This document shows positions 52,313 to 62,978 of a stretch of DNA of 64,000 nucleotides, piece after piece; within the stretch, counting starts at the first letter, position 1; each line of letters begins with the position of its first letter. Origin of the DNA: Fibrobacterota bacterium (GTDB lineage Bacteria > Fibrobacterota > Chitinivibrionia > Chitinivibrionales > FEN-1185); NCBI GenBank assembly GCA_003165595.1, contig PLWQ01000006.1, forward strand, positions 69,061 to 133,060, written 5' to 3'. Position numbers and translations under genes: made by a program. Under the pieces are notes generated by a model, which was given only the letters and a program-made list of their open reading frames with translations, did not search any database and was not told the origin of the DNA.

Positions 52313-52940
52313 GAAAATCCTTTATTGCGCGCCAGAGAAACGCGGACCCGGCTGCAACCGTCAAAAGGAACAGAACCCATTCCTGCAGGGAAATGAACTG
52401 TGCGGCGCCATAGTACAACGAGCACACGAGCACGACAAGAAACAAATTTGCAAAGGGCATGATCCTCGGGCTCGAAAAATGGATCGACATCCATGCGCCC
52501 GCCGCTGCGCCCATGAAGGCGCCGCCCATGTACAGAAGCATTCCCGAAAGCAGCGAGCGCACAAGAAACGGCTGAAGGCTTCCCACAGGCCACGCAAGCG
52601 ACAAGAGCGAGCAAAGGACGCCAAGGCCTGCGGAGACAAGTACTACAAATGCAGTCTTGCCAAGTACGACCGCGTTCCGGGAAAAGCCGCAGGTAAGCAG
52701 GATCTCCATGGATCCGCTTATCCGTTCGGCAACGAACACCGAGTTGGCGAAACTGCTGCTCACAATAACCGAGAGAGACATCCACCAGATTGCGGACATC
52801 AGGCCCGAACCGTTGACCGCATTGTACCTGGGAAGAAAACTCCAGATGCACACAAGCACCGCGTAGACGACGAAAACGCCCTTCTCGCTTCCGGTAAAGC
52901 AGGCCCATTCCTTTCTGAGAATCGTTCCGATCTTGTCCAA
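52278..52940 (-). CDS. ABC-2 type transporter permease
   Basis: 220 aa with 6 TM segments. It directly follows the ABC ATPase with a 3-nt gap. Confidence 0.6.
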   Translation of the reverse strand: MDKIGTILRKEWACFTGSEKGVFVVYAVLVCIWSFLPRYNAVNGSGLMSAIWWMSLSVIVSSSFANSVFVAERISGSMEILLTCGFSRNAVVLGKTAFVVLVSAGLGVLCSLLSLAWPVGSLQPFLVRSLLSGMLLYMGGAFMGAAAGAWMSIHFSSPRIMPFANLFLVVLVCSLYYGAAQFISLQEWVLFLLTVAAGSAFLWRAIKDFHGEKVIAPVDL

Positions 52941-52943
52941 GGC

Positions 52944-53873
52944 CTACGATCCTTTCGCGTCTTTGGAAATGATTCGCATCCTGTCCTTTATGCTGTCGGA
53001 ATCAGGACACACCTCGGAGATCTCGCACCCGGCCTGCACCAGCGCCGATATCATCGCCGGAATCACCGCTTCCGGCCTGGCAACCGGAAAATGCCAGGCA
53101 TTATTGTAGTGCTCAGCCGGGAAACCGCACGCCTCTTCGATTATCGTGCGGTACTTTTCGTCCGAGGCGCATCTGACAAGCCACGATCCCGTCTTTGTTC
53201 GCCCGCCGGTCGTGATGATTGAGATGCGGCGGTTGTGAAGCATGCCGACGCCGTCGCAGAGTTCCTCGATGGCCGGGAGCTGATGCGAGCTGATGAGCAC
53301 GGTAGCGCCCCTGGACCGGGCCGTGCGAACAAGAGAATAGAAATGGTCAATGGCGTCCACGTCCAGCGCCACCGTGGGCTCGTCGAAAAAATACGCGTCG
53401 GGCCACGATAGAAAAGCACGGCAGATGCCGCACTGCATCTTTTGACCCCGCGACAGGTATTTAACCTTTGTGGCGGCCTTGCGCAATTCTCCGTGGATGA
53501 AGGTGGTGTTCCAGTGCTCATCCACGTAGGCCTCAACCTGCTTCCACGGAATTCCCTTGGCATCCGCGAACAGCCTGAGATTGCGGGCGACGGTGAGGTT
53601 GCCGGCGAACCCGTCGTGCTCAAGAATGACGCCCAGCCTTCGGTAGTATTCCGGTTTGTGAATCCACGGGTCAAAGCCCAGCACTCGGGCCACGCCCCCG
53701 GAGGGCTTCAAAAGCCCAAGCAGCAGGCGGATAAACGTTGTCTTGCCGCTGCCGTTGAGCCCCACGAGTCCGAATACCGTCCCCGATTCGAGCACCAGTC
53801 CGGCATTCTCGAAAATGGCATGCGTACCGAAGCTTTTGTAAAGTCCTTCGACTTGAACGGTTGTGTGCGGCAT
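52944..53873 (-). CDS. ABC transporter ATP-binding protein
   Basis: ORF 52944..53993; the likely start is MPHTTVQVEGLYKSFG at ~53873. It has Walker A (GLNGSGKTT), the signature LSRGQKMQ and Walker B (FFDEPTVALD). Confidence 0.85.
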   Translation of the reverse strand: MPHTTVQVEGLYKSFGTHAIFENAGLVLESGTVFGLVGLNGSGKTTFIRLLLGLLKPSGGVARVLGFDPWIHKPEYYRRLGVILEHDGFAGNLTVARNLRLFADAKGIPWKQVEAYVDEHWNTTFIHGELRKAATKVKYLSRGQKMQCGICRAFLSWPDAYFFDEPTVALDVDAIDHFYSLVRTARSRGATVLISSHQLPAIEELCDGVGMLHNRRISIITTGGRTKTGSWLVRCASDEKYRTIIEEACGFPAEHYNNAWHFPVARPEAVIPAMISALVQAGCEISEVCPDSDSIKDRMRIISKDAKGS

Positions 53874-54018
53874 AAGCATGTAAAAATGGGTTATGCTCCC
53901 GCGGGGTTGCGGCAAATTGTAGTGTGCGCAGTGCGACCACGATACCGGGGGCGTTCCGGCGCCCATACCGAAAATGCTGTTCGCAACATTCATTGACCCG
54001 ATTAATCCCGGGATAATA

Positions 54019-54034
54019 TGCTATTTTAGTGCCA
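54019..54034 (-). promoter_or_regulatory. Sigma-54-like -24/-12 element upstream of the ABC exporter-apbE operon
   Basis: The reverse complement reads TGGCAC-TAAAA-TAGCA, with GG-N10-GC kept and one mismatch in the -12 box. Confidence 0.3.
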
Positions 54035-54082
54035 TCCACGAAATCGACAATTGCACTTCAACAGCATCGGGCAAGGCCGCAA

Positions 54083-55309
54083 ATGACGTTCTTTCGAATC
54101 GCTGCATGCGGCATGATTTTCGCAATCCTGTTCTTCCCCGTTTCCGGCTTCACGGCTCAAGAGCAACCCGATATTCTGTATCCCGGCATTTCCGCACAGC
54201 AGCATGCCCTTGCACGGGAAGTGATGCACGAGTTTTTTGCGCAGCACTGGCTCAGGGCCGGAGGTCTTGCGCGCGATATGCGAAACCTGGAGCAATCCGA
54301 CAGCCTGCTCCCCTTGAGCGACATGCTTCGCTTTGCAATGCCGGCCTGGCGAATTATCAACAGCGAATTCGACTCACGCGGCCAGGGCGATTCGCTTTTC
54401 CGGGAACTTGAGCCGCTGCGACGCGATTGTCTTTGGATTCTTCACCATCGCCATTTTGCCGACTCCACCCTGCCGACGCGCATGTTCCTGGAAGCGGGGA
54501 TCAATGGATTCAACGCAACGCTCATTATCCGGTCCAACCCGCTTGCCTCTCTGACGCAGGGCCTGCGGTCGTTTCGGACCCTCGATTCATTGCGAGCCAT
54601 TGCTCCGCAAATCAAGGACCTCTACCTGGGCTTGGGACTTTTCCAATGCGCGCTTGCAAACGAACCGGGCATCATCGGTTTCGCGCTCCATCTTTTCGGC
54701 GGCCTGCACGTGAGTCTAGATTCCGGGCTTGCATATCTGCGCATCTGTTCGAACGAAGCTCTTTACACACAAGTCGGCGCAAAGGAATATCTTATTCAGT
54801 TTCTGTCGCCCTTCAATCACAACGAAGCTGGCGAGAAACAGGCGGTCTTCCGGTCGCTTGAACAGGAGTTTCCGGGAAACCCGTACTATGTCTTTCAGGA
54901 AATTGACGAACAAATGGCATTCCACCGTGAAAGCGCGTTTGAGAAAAGCACGTGCGACTGGGCGCTTGCGCAGATTGCCGGGTTCGACACCTCGAATTCA
55001 ACCACCAAACTGTATGCGAACTGCGTCAAGTGGCAGTGCACTGCGATCGACACATCTCTTGCTGCCACGCTCGGACCGCGCCCCTTTGGCGACAGAGAAT
55101 GCCTGTCGTTCTATCCGGTTTTTCTGGAAGCCGCGAAGGCAAGGTATGTAATAGATTCAGACAGCAAACAAACCGTTGGCAAGCGAAGAAACGCTATCCG
55201 GTCGTATCACGAGTTGCGAAACAGGGCGTACGTTGTCCTAAGGCGGTCGGAGATCAACCCCATGCTCCGGGAATACTACCTGTGGCATCTGGATGACGGT
55301 TTGCCATGA
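54083..55309 (+). CDS. Secreted/periplasmic all-helical protein, function unknown
   Basis: ORF 54029..55309; the likely start is MTFFRIAACGMIFAILFFPVSGFTAQE at 54083. No family was recognised. Confidence 0.55.
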   Translation: MTFFRIAACGMIFAILFFPVSGFTAQEQPDILYPGISAQQHALAREVMHEFFAQHWLRAGGLARDMRNLEQSDSLLPLSDMLRFAMPAWRIINSEFDSRGQGDSLFRELEPLRRDCLWILHHRHFADSTLPTRMFLEAGINGFNATLIIRSNPLASLTQGLRSFRTLDSLRAIAPQIKDLYLGLGLFQCALANEPGIIGFALHLFGGLHVSLDSGLAYLRICSNEALYTQVGAKEYLIQFLSPFNHNEAGEKQAVFRSLEQEFPGNPYYVFQEIDEQMAFHRESAFEKSTCDWALAQIAGFDTSNSTTKLYANCVKWQCTAIDTSLAATLGPRPFGDRECLSFYPVFLEAAKARYVIDSDSKQTVGKRRNAIRSYHELRNRAYVVLRRSEINPMLREYYLWHLDDGLP

Positions 55310-55472
55310 TCGGATGAGCAAGACAAAAGCCCAAAAAAGCGGAAGAATCATTATATTATGGTATGATCGATCGCAGGTCGCATTTCTGCCCTCGGTTGAA
55401 GGAGTATTACCAAACATTCGGCGTTCAGCATTTTACCTTAACCGTTTCATTACTCATCAAAAAGGGGGGAGT

Positions 55473-58316
55473 ATGGTTCGACGCATCACCACGCTCGCAT
55501 TTGCGTGTGCACTTGCGGGCGCTTTTACAGGGTTCGGCCAGACATATACGCCGGATTCGAGCAACAGAGTAACCATTAATCTTGGCGCAACGGCCTGGAA
55601 GATGATCAAGTCCGACGCCGTTGGTGCGCAGGATCCGGCGTACAACGACGCTACCGGCCTCGACATCGGAATTCCTCACTGCATGGCCGAAGACCAGACA
55701 TTTGTCAACAACACATCCGGCGGCGGCAATCTTCCCGGAGGTCCCTACTGGTATCGCAAGCATTTTACGCTCGACCCCAAATATTCGGGCAAGAAGGTGT
55801 TTCTTGAGTTTGAGGGAGTGCATCTGGGCTGCCAGGTGTATGTGAACGGCACCGTACTGCCCACTACCAGCACCATCAACCCCCAGGCAACGCACGTCAT
55901 CGGGTTTGTCGGCTTTACAAACGACATAACCAGCATGGTAAAATTCGACGGAACAAACAACGTGATAGCGGTTCGCGTGGCCATGAACGCAGGCTGGTTT
56001 GCAGACCCGGGATTCTCTACGGTGTTCCGGTTCGGGCAGGGCAGCGGCGGACCGTTCCGCCCGGTATGGCTCCACCTGACAGACCCGGTGCATGTGCCCA
56101 GCAACGAATATTCAGGCCTCCAGCAGTGGGGTACGTATGTCGCAACGACGAGCCTCTCCGCCGACTTGTCGCAGGCGACCGTGCGAATTCTCACCAACGT
56201 CCAGAACGACAACGCCGCGGCCCAGACGGTCACGGTTACGACCAAAGTGGTTGATGCGTCCAACAATAATGTCGTGCTTTCGCAGGACGCAACCCACGCC
56301 ATCGCGGCGGGATCGAACTTCATCTTCGATCAGACCGGCACCATCAACAGTCCAAAGCTGTGGTATCCCAATAACAGCCCTTACGGGAAGCCGAACCTTC
56401 ACAAGGTTTATCATATCATAAAGATTGGCGCCACGGTGGTGGACCTTGTCCAGAGCCCGCTCGGCATCCGCACCATCACATGGGACAAGAATTTCCCCTA
56501 TATCAACGGCAAGAAGCAGTGCCTCTACGGCGCTTCGTCGCGGTACGATTACCCGGCGCTGGGCACGGCAGTGCCGCCTGCCATACAATGGCGCGACGCC
56601 AAGATGCTCGCCGACATCGGCGGCAACCTGTGGCGGCCCGGCCATTCAACATGCAGCGAGACGTTTGTGGAAGCGTGCGATGCGTTCGGCATCATGATCG
56701 TTCAGCCCAGCGGCGAGGGCGAAGGGGCATTCTCCGACGGAGCAAACGCGACCGCGTCACGGCTCATTCTCAAAAAAGAGATCCACAGGGACATGATCAT
56801 CCGTGACCGGAGCCATCCGTCCATTCTCGCATGGGAAGCCTCAAACGGCGACATGGATTCGCTGTTTGCCGATACGCTGCGGACCATCAGCACCACATGG
56901 GACTCGCTTGCGCCCAGAGTTATCGCCCTTCGCGGCAAGCCGTTTAAATCCGGCGTAATAGACCTTCACGGGTGCACGCTCACTGGCTGCGACGCGCAGC
57001 AGAAGCCACTGGGCAACAACATCAATTTCCCCTGGTGGGGTTCGGAATACTGGGGCAGGCACAGTTCGCGTTTTGCGTATGACTGGCAGGTGGATTTCTG
57101 TGGCGAATTCCTTCGCGACTGGGCCGGCGGCATAAAGAACAATTGCTTCGGCATGGTGCAATGGTATTTTATGGAAACCCCGGGCGAAACCGGGCCCTAT
57201 GAGGAAGGCATAAGTTCCGACAATGCCAGGTCCTTCGGTTCCTCCATGACCGACTACAACCGTATTCCCAAGTATCTGTATTATCAGTACGGCGTGTGCT
57301 GGATACCCTATGCCCTGCAGCCGCGGATTGCGATCGCAAACCATTGGAATCGCTCCGGCTCCGTGCGGGTGGACGTATGGAGCAACTGTCCCAAGGTGCG
57401 TCTGAGCGTCAATGGCACGAGCGTTGGCGAACAAGTACCCAATGGCCAGCTTGGCGCCACCGGCGGTATTTCCGATGTGAGTAATGCGACGACGCAGTTG
57501 CCTTTCCAGTGCACGTTTACCGGCGTCGCGTGGCAGTCAGGCACGCTCAAGGCCGATGGCCTCGATGCCGGCGGCAATGTTGTCTGCACCGACCAGAAGG
57601 TAACAGCAGGAACTCCCGATCATATTGTGTTGACACAAGAACAGAACACGGTGATGCCGAACGGCCAGGCATTCAATGTTACGGCCAACGGTACGGATGC
57701 CGCTCTCATAATGGCCACCATTGTCGACGCGAACGGCAACTGGTGCCCAACCGATTCCGGCAAGATCACCTGGACTGTTGCGGGCCCTGCCACGTACCGC
57801 GGCGGCGCCGACCAGTTCGTGACGACCGGACAGGGGTACGGGTATCATGCGCCTCTCGACCCGGAACTCAACATCGAGGGCGGCAAGGCAATGGTCGCGG
57901 TGCGGTCGCAATTCACCACCGGAACCGTTACGGTGAGCGCAACGGCAACCGGAGTCACAAAACCCACGGCAAGCATTACCTACGACATCAAACCGGTTAC
58001 CGACCCGGTGGTTGCGGAAAGCCCCGTGCGCCCCGCCTCGTTGCTCGGCTCCGGAGTGGCCGCCAGGATGTACGTAGCCGGCCGTCTAGTCAAATACTAC
58101 ATCAGCGGCATCTCGGACGTTACGGTTGAAATCCTCAATGCGCACGGGCAGACCGTGCGGCAGTTGAAGGCGTCGCGGCAGTCGGCCGGATGGCATTCCG
58201 TGATGATCGACGGGCAGACGCCCGGGGCGCAAGGCCGCACCGCCGGTGTCTACTTTGTTAAGCTGACGGCCAACGGAACCTCGCTGGCCGCGCAAAAAAT
58301 GGTTGTCACACGCTGA
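55473..58316 (+). CDS. Glycoside hydrolase family 2-like enzyme with a T9SS C-terminal domain
   Basis: ORF 55293..58316. The start is at ATG 55473, after GGGGGAG. It has a signal peptide. The GH2 sugar-binding pattern reads YWYRKHFTLDPKYSGKKVFLEFEGVHLGCQVYVNG. The tail reads VTVEILNAHGQTVRQLKA...GVYFVKLTANG. Confidence 0.75.
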   Translation: MVRRITTLAFACALAGAFTGFGQTYTPDSSNRVTINLGATAWKMIKSDAVGAQDPAYNDATGLDIGIPHCMAEDQTFVNNTSGGGNLPGGPYWYRKHFTLDPKYSGKKVFLEFEGVHLGCQVYVNGTVLPTTSTINPQATHVIGFVGFTNDITSMVKFDGTNNVIAVRVAMNAGWFADPGFSTVFRFGQGSGGPFRPVWLHLTDPVHVPSNEYSGLQQWGTYVATTSLSADLSQATVRILTNVQNDNAAAQTVTVTTKVVDASNNNVVLSQDATHAIAAGSNFIFDQTGTINSPKLWYPNNSPYGKPNLHKVYHIIKIGATVVDLVQSPLGIRTITWDKNFPYINGKKQCLYGASSRYDYPALGTAVPPAIQWRDAKMLADIGGNLWRPGHSTCSETFVEACDAFGIMIVQPSGEGEGAFSDGANATASRLILKKEIHRDMIIRDRSHPSILAWEASNGDMDSLFADTLRTISTTWDSLAPRVIALRGKPFKSGVIDLHGCTLTGCDAQQKPLGNNINFPWWGSEYWGRHSSRFAYDWQVDFCGEFLRDWAGGIKNNCFGMVQWYFMETPGETGPYEEGISSDNARSFGSSMTDYNRIPKYLYYQYGVCWIPYALQPRIAIANHWNRSGSVRVDVWSNCPKVRLSVNGTSVGEQVPNGQLGATGGISDVSNATTQLPFQCTFTGVAWQSGTLKADGLDAGGNVVCTDQKVTAGTPDHIVLTQEQNTVMPNGQAFNVTANGTDAALIMATIVDANGNWCPTDSGKITWTVAGPATYRGGADQFVTTGQGYGYHAPLDPELNIEGGKAMVAVRSQFTTGTVTVSATATGVTKPTASITYDIKPVTDPVVAESPVRPASLLGSGVAARMYVAGRLVKYYISGISDVTVEILNAHGQTVRQLKASRQSAGWHSVMIDGQTPGAQGRTAGVYFVKLTANGTSLAAQKMVVTR

Positions 58317-58420
58317 TTTTCTTGATCGGCCGTTTGATTTGTTTCGAGGCGGAGAGCAACGCAAAGATTCATGCGAGGCTCTTCGCCTCTCGTTTTGCGC
58401 ACAGCAGAGACCGGCGTATC

Positions 58421-60901
58421 CTACTTGAGAAGAGAACTGCCCGCGGATCGCATGGCAGCAAGTATCAGCCGGGCGATATATTCGTAGCCGAGCTGGTTGG
58501 GATGGATAAAATCGCTGAAGTAAATCTGGTTGTACGTTGAATCGCTTGGATTGGACAGCGGCGTATTGGCGTCCACGAGCCACACGCCGTTATCCCCGCG
58601 CGTGCGCCAGAGCTGCCTGCGCTGCGTCACCGACGAGTCGAGCAGATGGTTAAATGTCACAAGATTCTGCCGCGTGGTTGAATCGACCGAGTACAGCGCG
58701 TCCGACGTGTCGTGCGGCAAAGGCAGCCCGTTGATCACATATATCTCGCTCTTGGGATTCCGCGAGTGCATCATGTCCATGGACGTGACACAGTAATACC
58801 AGCCCGGATATCTGTCGTAACCGTCGTTGACGCCGTTCATGAAGACCCAGAGGTCGGCATTGACGTCCGGGTGAAGAGAAAGGGAATCATAAATGTCGAA
58901 TGCCTGTTTCCCGTTCGCAGCCATGCACGAATCGTCCTGGCCGGGAGCCAGCATGCCGGTGACCATCGCCCCTTCGCAGCCAATGGCGTGCGGATCTCCC
59001 GCCTGCGCGCGCAAGGTGTCGACAAGCGAACGCCTGAATCCTCCCCTGCCGGCATCGCCCAGCATGCCGACCACAATCGAATGCCCAACAAAGCATACAC
59101 GCTGTTGCATCCGGCATACCTGTGCGCCCGCTGCCCACACGCTGTCGTTATGGGAATCAACCGCCAGTATTTTCCACCAGCACAAACCAGTGTCAAGCGT
59201 GGAAATGACGGTCGAATTGCTCGTGCCGCTGTATTCCTTGCTCAGGGCTCCGGCCGAAGAGCCCAGCCACAGCGTGTAGACAAAAGCGTCCTCGGCCTGG
59301 TCGGACCGCCGGGCCAGAAACGCAAAACGCGCTTTGCCGCTGCCCAGACCGTAGTGCGGCACATACAGGGTGTCGCCGGCGCGCGGAGAAAGAACAGCCA
59401 CGCTGCACGGGACTGCTTTGCAATTGATGACAAATGTGTCCAGCGCAATACGTCCGTCCGCGTCCCGAGCGCCAGCCACCACCGTCAGAAGCCCGTGGCC
59501 CTTGCCCGTGATTCTTATCGAATCGGCGGTCGCGCTGTCGGTCCAGCCGCCGCCACCCACACTCCATAGATACTTTTCGATTTTGCCGCCGGTGTCGGCC
59601 GCCCTGCATCGCACCATGATGGTATCGGTCCAGCGCATCGCCGTGTCGGGAATCCGGCTCATAATCACGGGATTTCCCCAGCGAAGTCTCACCTTCATGG
59701 TGTCGGGCACCGATTCCAGCGAATCGTTGTCGATTGCCTTGACGCGAACGATGTTCACACGTCCGGTGTCCCGCGCCGGCCACGCATGGTTCACCGATCC
59801 GACGGTTGTTGTATCTGTAAATAGCGAGTCGAACGCCCAGGCGTATCGTTCTACCCAGCCGTTGGTGTCTACCCCCTGCGCCCGGATTGTGATGGTGTCC
59901 CCCACATCAACAACGGTATCGTGTGAAATCGAAACAACCGGCGCCGCGAGACCCACAAAAACCTTCATCGAATCGATGTTCGACTCCTGGCCGTGACAGT
60001 CGACCGCTTTCGCGTAGACGACCTGCATTCCCGTCTCAAGCCGGCCGTACACGATTGCACACGAATCGGCAAGCGTCGTATCTGTGAACTCAGGGCGGCC
60101 CCTGGCCCATAGCCACCGAACCCGAGTACCAAAAGTGTCAATCCGCGCGGCATGGAGCATCAGCGGCGTGTGAATCGCAGTCGAGGTTTTGCCGGAGAGC
60201 GAAATAACCGGAGGATCTGCAATAACTCTTACCGCGACGCTCTCCGGCAAGGACAGGAGGCTGTCGTTATCCATGGCGGTTGCGAGAATATGGTACATCC
60301 CCGCGCTTCGGCAGAAAGCGTACCGCAGCGTGTCCCCGACGGTGGCAAGAGTCGAGTCGCCCGGATCAATTCGCCACTGCAATCCGATGATTCTGCCGTT
60401 TGTGTCATAAGCGCCTGCGGCTATAGCCAGCGTATCCCCAAAGTAAACGCTTGTGTCCGAAATCATGAACCGCAAACTCGGCTTGCCGAGCCGAACGCCG
60501 ATCCTTGTGGTATCCGGACCGGACCACACGCCGTTGCCGCCAGCCGCATATACAACAAGCCGGTGTGACCCCGTATCGTGCAATCCGAAATAGAGCCTGC
60601 ACGCACTGTCGCCGTTTGAAGAACGCGGTAACCGCGTCGAATCGAGATACCAGACGAAACTCATTTGCCCGGCATCGCGGTTAAGCGGATGCGCACATAC
60701 GACAAGAGAATCCTTAACGAACACTGTTGTGTCCGGGGGAGCCGCGAAATGCGGCTTTACCCGCGAGTCGCTCATCGGATTGCCGCACCTGGTTGCAAGC
60801 AAAATAAGAACCGACAAGACGCAGGCCGATCGGGATATGGCGCGGACGCCGCGGCACCATGCCGGGAACCCGGCGAGAAACGGAGAATAGTTGGTTGGCA
60901 C
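58421..60901 (-). CDS. Large secreted protein: Ig/PKD-like repeats fused to a C-terminal SGNH/GDSL hydrolase
   Basis: 826 aa with a GTG start. The repeated ~90-aa modules share DT..V..D..G motifs. The SGNH blocks are FVGHSIVVG, FMNGVNDG and DFIHPNQLGYEYIA. Confidence 0.72.
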   Translation of the reverse strand: MPTNYSPFLAGFPAWCRGVRAISRSACVLSVLILLATRCGNPMSDSRVKPHFAAPPDTTVFVKDSLVVCAHPLNRDAGQMSFVWYLDSTRLPRSSNGDSACRLYFGLHDTGSHRLVVYAAGGNGVWSGPDTTRIGVRLGKPSLRFMISDTSVYFGDTLAIAAGAYDTNGRIIGLQWRIDPGDSTLATVGDTLRYAFCRSAGMYHILATAMDNDSLLSLPESVAVRVIADPPVISLSGKTSTAIHTPLMLHAARIDTFGTRVRWLWARGRPEFTDTTLADSCAIVYGRLETGMQVVYAKAVDCHGQESNIDSMKVFVGLAAPVVSISHDTVVDVGDTITIRAQGVDTNGWVERYAWAFDSLFTDTTTVGSVNHAWPARDTGRVNIVRVKAIDNDSLESVPDTMKVRLRWGNPVIMSRIPDTAMRWTDTIMVRCRAADTGGKIEKYLWSVGGGGWTDSATADSIRITGKGHGLLTVVAGARDADGRIALDTFVINCKAVPCSVAVLSPRAGDTLYVPHYGLGSGKARFAFLARRSDQAEDAFVYTLWLGSSAGALSKEYSGTSNSTVISTLDTGLCWWKILAVDSHNDSVWAAGAQVCRMQQRVCFVGHSIVVGMLGDAGRGGFRRSLVDTLRAQAGDPHAIGCEGAMVTGMLAPGQDDSCMAANGKQAFDIYDSLSLHPDVNADLWVFMNGVNDGYDRYPGWYYCVTSMDMMHSRNPKSEIYVINGLPLPHDTSDALYSVDSTTRQNLVTFNHLLDSSVTQRRQLWRTRGDNGVWLVDANTPLSNPSDSTYNQIYFSDFIHPNQLGYEYIARLILAAMRSAGSSLLK

Positions 60902-60998
60902 GGTGATAAAATACTATCGTTGCAAGAACAACCGGCTGTGGCCTTGCTTTATTTCTGTCCGCTTCCATAACCGTTCACCAAGCGGTATTTTATCAGCT

Positions 60999-62978
60999 AT
61001 GCAACCGGACGTTTCTGCCATCCGGCGATTTACCGCACCCTTTTGTTACTTGTGCATCGCCGCATGCTTCCTGATAAACTGCGCCAATATCCCCGGCACC
61101 CGCACGCCGCCGCCAGCGCTGTCGGTCGAGGGTATCCCGCCGATTTCCGATTCGCTTCGGGAGGCCGTGGCGCGATATCGGAATTGGAATTTTGCGTCGC
61201 TGGCCGACTGGATGCCGGACGGAGGCGGAATGATCGTTGTCTCGCGTGTCAAGGAGATCAATCAGATACATTCGGTATCCGCGCCGTGCGCTTCTCCAAA
61301 ACAACTCACGTTTCTTTCCGAGCCGGTGACGAGCGTTGCCGTATGCCCCGATCCGCGCCGCCGCCTGCTTATCTTCACAAAGGACAGCGGCGGCGATGAG
61401 AATTTCCAGATATTTGCCCTGCGGCTCGACTCGCCTGCCCCTGTTCGGCTCACCGACGGAGCCGGGCAGAGCGAGGGCGTAGTCTGGTCGAACGCGGGCG
61501 ACCGGTTCGCGTATCACAGCAACAGACGCAACGGCACCGATTTCGACATTTACGTCAGCGATACGGGAGGATGCCGCCTGGACACCAAGCCGGTACTCGC
61601 ACTCGCCGGATCGTGGTCGGTTGCAGGCTGGTCGCCCGGCGACAGCCTGCTGCTTGCGCTTCGCTACATTTCCCGAACCGTCTCGTTCCTGTACGTGTGC
61701 AACTTGCGCACGGGCGCTTGCTCGCCCATCCATGACACGCTCGACACGGTTTCACAGGAGATCGGCGCGTGGGGTCCTTTAGGCAAAGGAATCTTCCTCA
61801 CCTCCGACAAGGGTACCGACTTCCGCACGCTCCGGTATTACGATCTCGCAACACGGCGCGAGACCATTCTCACCGCGGGAATTCCCTGGGATGTGCGCGA
61901 GATAGCGCTGTCGAAGGACCGGTCCATACTTGCCTTCCAGACCAACCAGAACGGGTATTCCCATGTGTATAGTATGGATACGAAAACGTTCCGCTATCGT
62001 GAAATTCCCGGACTGCCGCTCGGCGGAATCTACGGCCTCAGGTTCGACCCTACCGGTAGGCGCCTGGGCATCACCGTCACCACGGCCCGGCATCCGGAGG
62101 AATCCTACGCGGTGCGGCTATCCGATTTCTCGCTTGTCAGGTGGACCGACAGCGGACTTGGCGCCCTTGATTCGAACGAGCTGGTCTCCCCCACTCTCGT
62201 GGAATACCCCACCTTCGACAGCGTCGCCGGACACGCCCGCACCGTTCCCTGCTTTGTTTACAAACCAAAAAACCGGCCCGGCCCTTTCCCCGTGCTCGTT
62301 ACCATCCACGGCGGACCGGAAAGCCAGTTCTGGCCATATTTTGTGCCGCAGATCCAATACGACGTGTCCGACCTCGGGCTGTGCGTGCTTGCACCGAATA
62401 TCCGGGGGTCGGGCGGTTACGGAAAAGGATACCTGTCGCTTGATAATGGTTACAAACGCGAAGATGCCGTAAAGGACATCGGCGCATTGCTCGATTGGGT
62501 CGGCTGCCAAGCCGACTTGAGCCCTTCGAAAGTCGGGGTTTCAGGAGGTTCCTACGGCGGATTTATTTCGCTTGCATCGCTCGAACGCTTCGGACCGCGC
62601 ATCAAGGCCGGCATCGACATGTACGGCATCTGCAATTTCATCACGTTTCTGGAGCGCACCGCCGCCTACCGCCGCGACCTGCGGCGGGTTGAATACGGCG
62701 ACGAGCGCGATCAGGCAATGCGCGATTTCCTCGTCCGGATATCTCCCCTCACAAGCGCCTCACGAATATCGTGCCCGATCTTTATCCTTCAGGGCGCAAA
62801 CGATCCGCGTGTGCCGAGAAGTGAATCCGAACAAATCGCCGCATCGGTCCGCTCCAGAGGCGGAACAGTATGGTCGATTGTCGCAAGCGACGAAGGCCAC
62901 GGGTTCCGCAAAAAATCAAACCAGGATTATCAGGAGTGCGCGCAGGCGCTTTTTCTCAAGACCTTTCTTGCACGATGA
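60999..62978 (+). CDS. S9 family serine peptidase (prolyl oligopeptidase / DPP-like) with an N-terminal beta-propeller
   Basis: ORF 60891..62978; the start is at ATG 60999 (MQPDVSAIRRF... with a lipobox-like FLINC). Catalytic motifs are GVSGGSYGG, GANDPRV and DEGHGF. Confidence 0.87.
   Translation: MQPDVSAIRRFTAPFCYLCIAACFLINCANIPGTRTPPPALSVEGIPPISDSLREAVARYRNWNFASLADWMPDGGGMIVVSRVKEINQIHSVSAPCASPKQLTFLSEPVTSVAVCPDPRRRLLIFTKDSGGDENFQIFALRLDSPAPVRLTDGAGQSEGVVWSNAGDRFAYHSNRRNGTDFDIYVSDTGGCRLDTKPVLALAGSWSVAGWSPGDSLLLALRYISRTVSFLYVCNLRTGACSPIHDTLDTVSQEIGAWGPLGKGIFLTSDKGTDFRTLRYYDLATRRETILTAGIPWDVREIALSKDRSILAFQTNQNGYSHVYSMDTKTFRYREIPGLPLGGIYGLRFDPTGRRLGITVTTARHPEESYAVRLSDFSLVRWTDSGLGALDSNELVSPTLVEYPTFDSVAGHARTVPCFVYKPKNRPGPFPVLVTIHGGPESQFWPYFVPQIQYDVSDLGLCVLAPNIRGSGGYGKGYLSLDNGYKREDAVKDIGALLDWVGCQADLSPSKVGVSGGSYGGFISLASLERFGPRIKAGIDMYGICNFITFLERTAAYRRDLRRVEYGDERDQAMRDFLVRISPLTSASRISCPIFILQGANDPRVPRSESEQIAASVRSRGGTVWSIVASDEGHGFRKKSNQDYQECAQALFLKTFLAR

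Noticed and set aside
49741-53222. Plus-strand ORFs 49741..51063 (440 aa) and 51942..53222 (426 aa)
   Set aside because: They are antisense to the ABC-F gene and to apbE, the permease and the ABC ATPase. They have no motifs and show Arg/His-rich composition.
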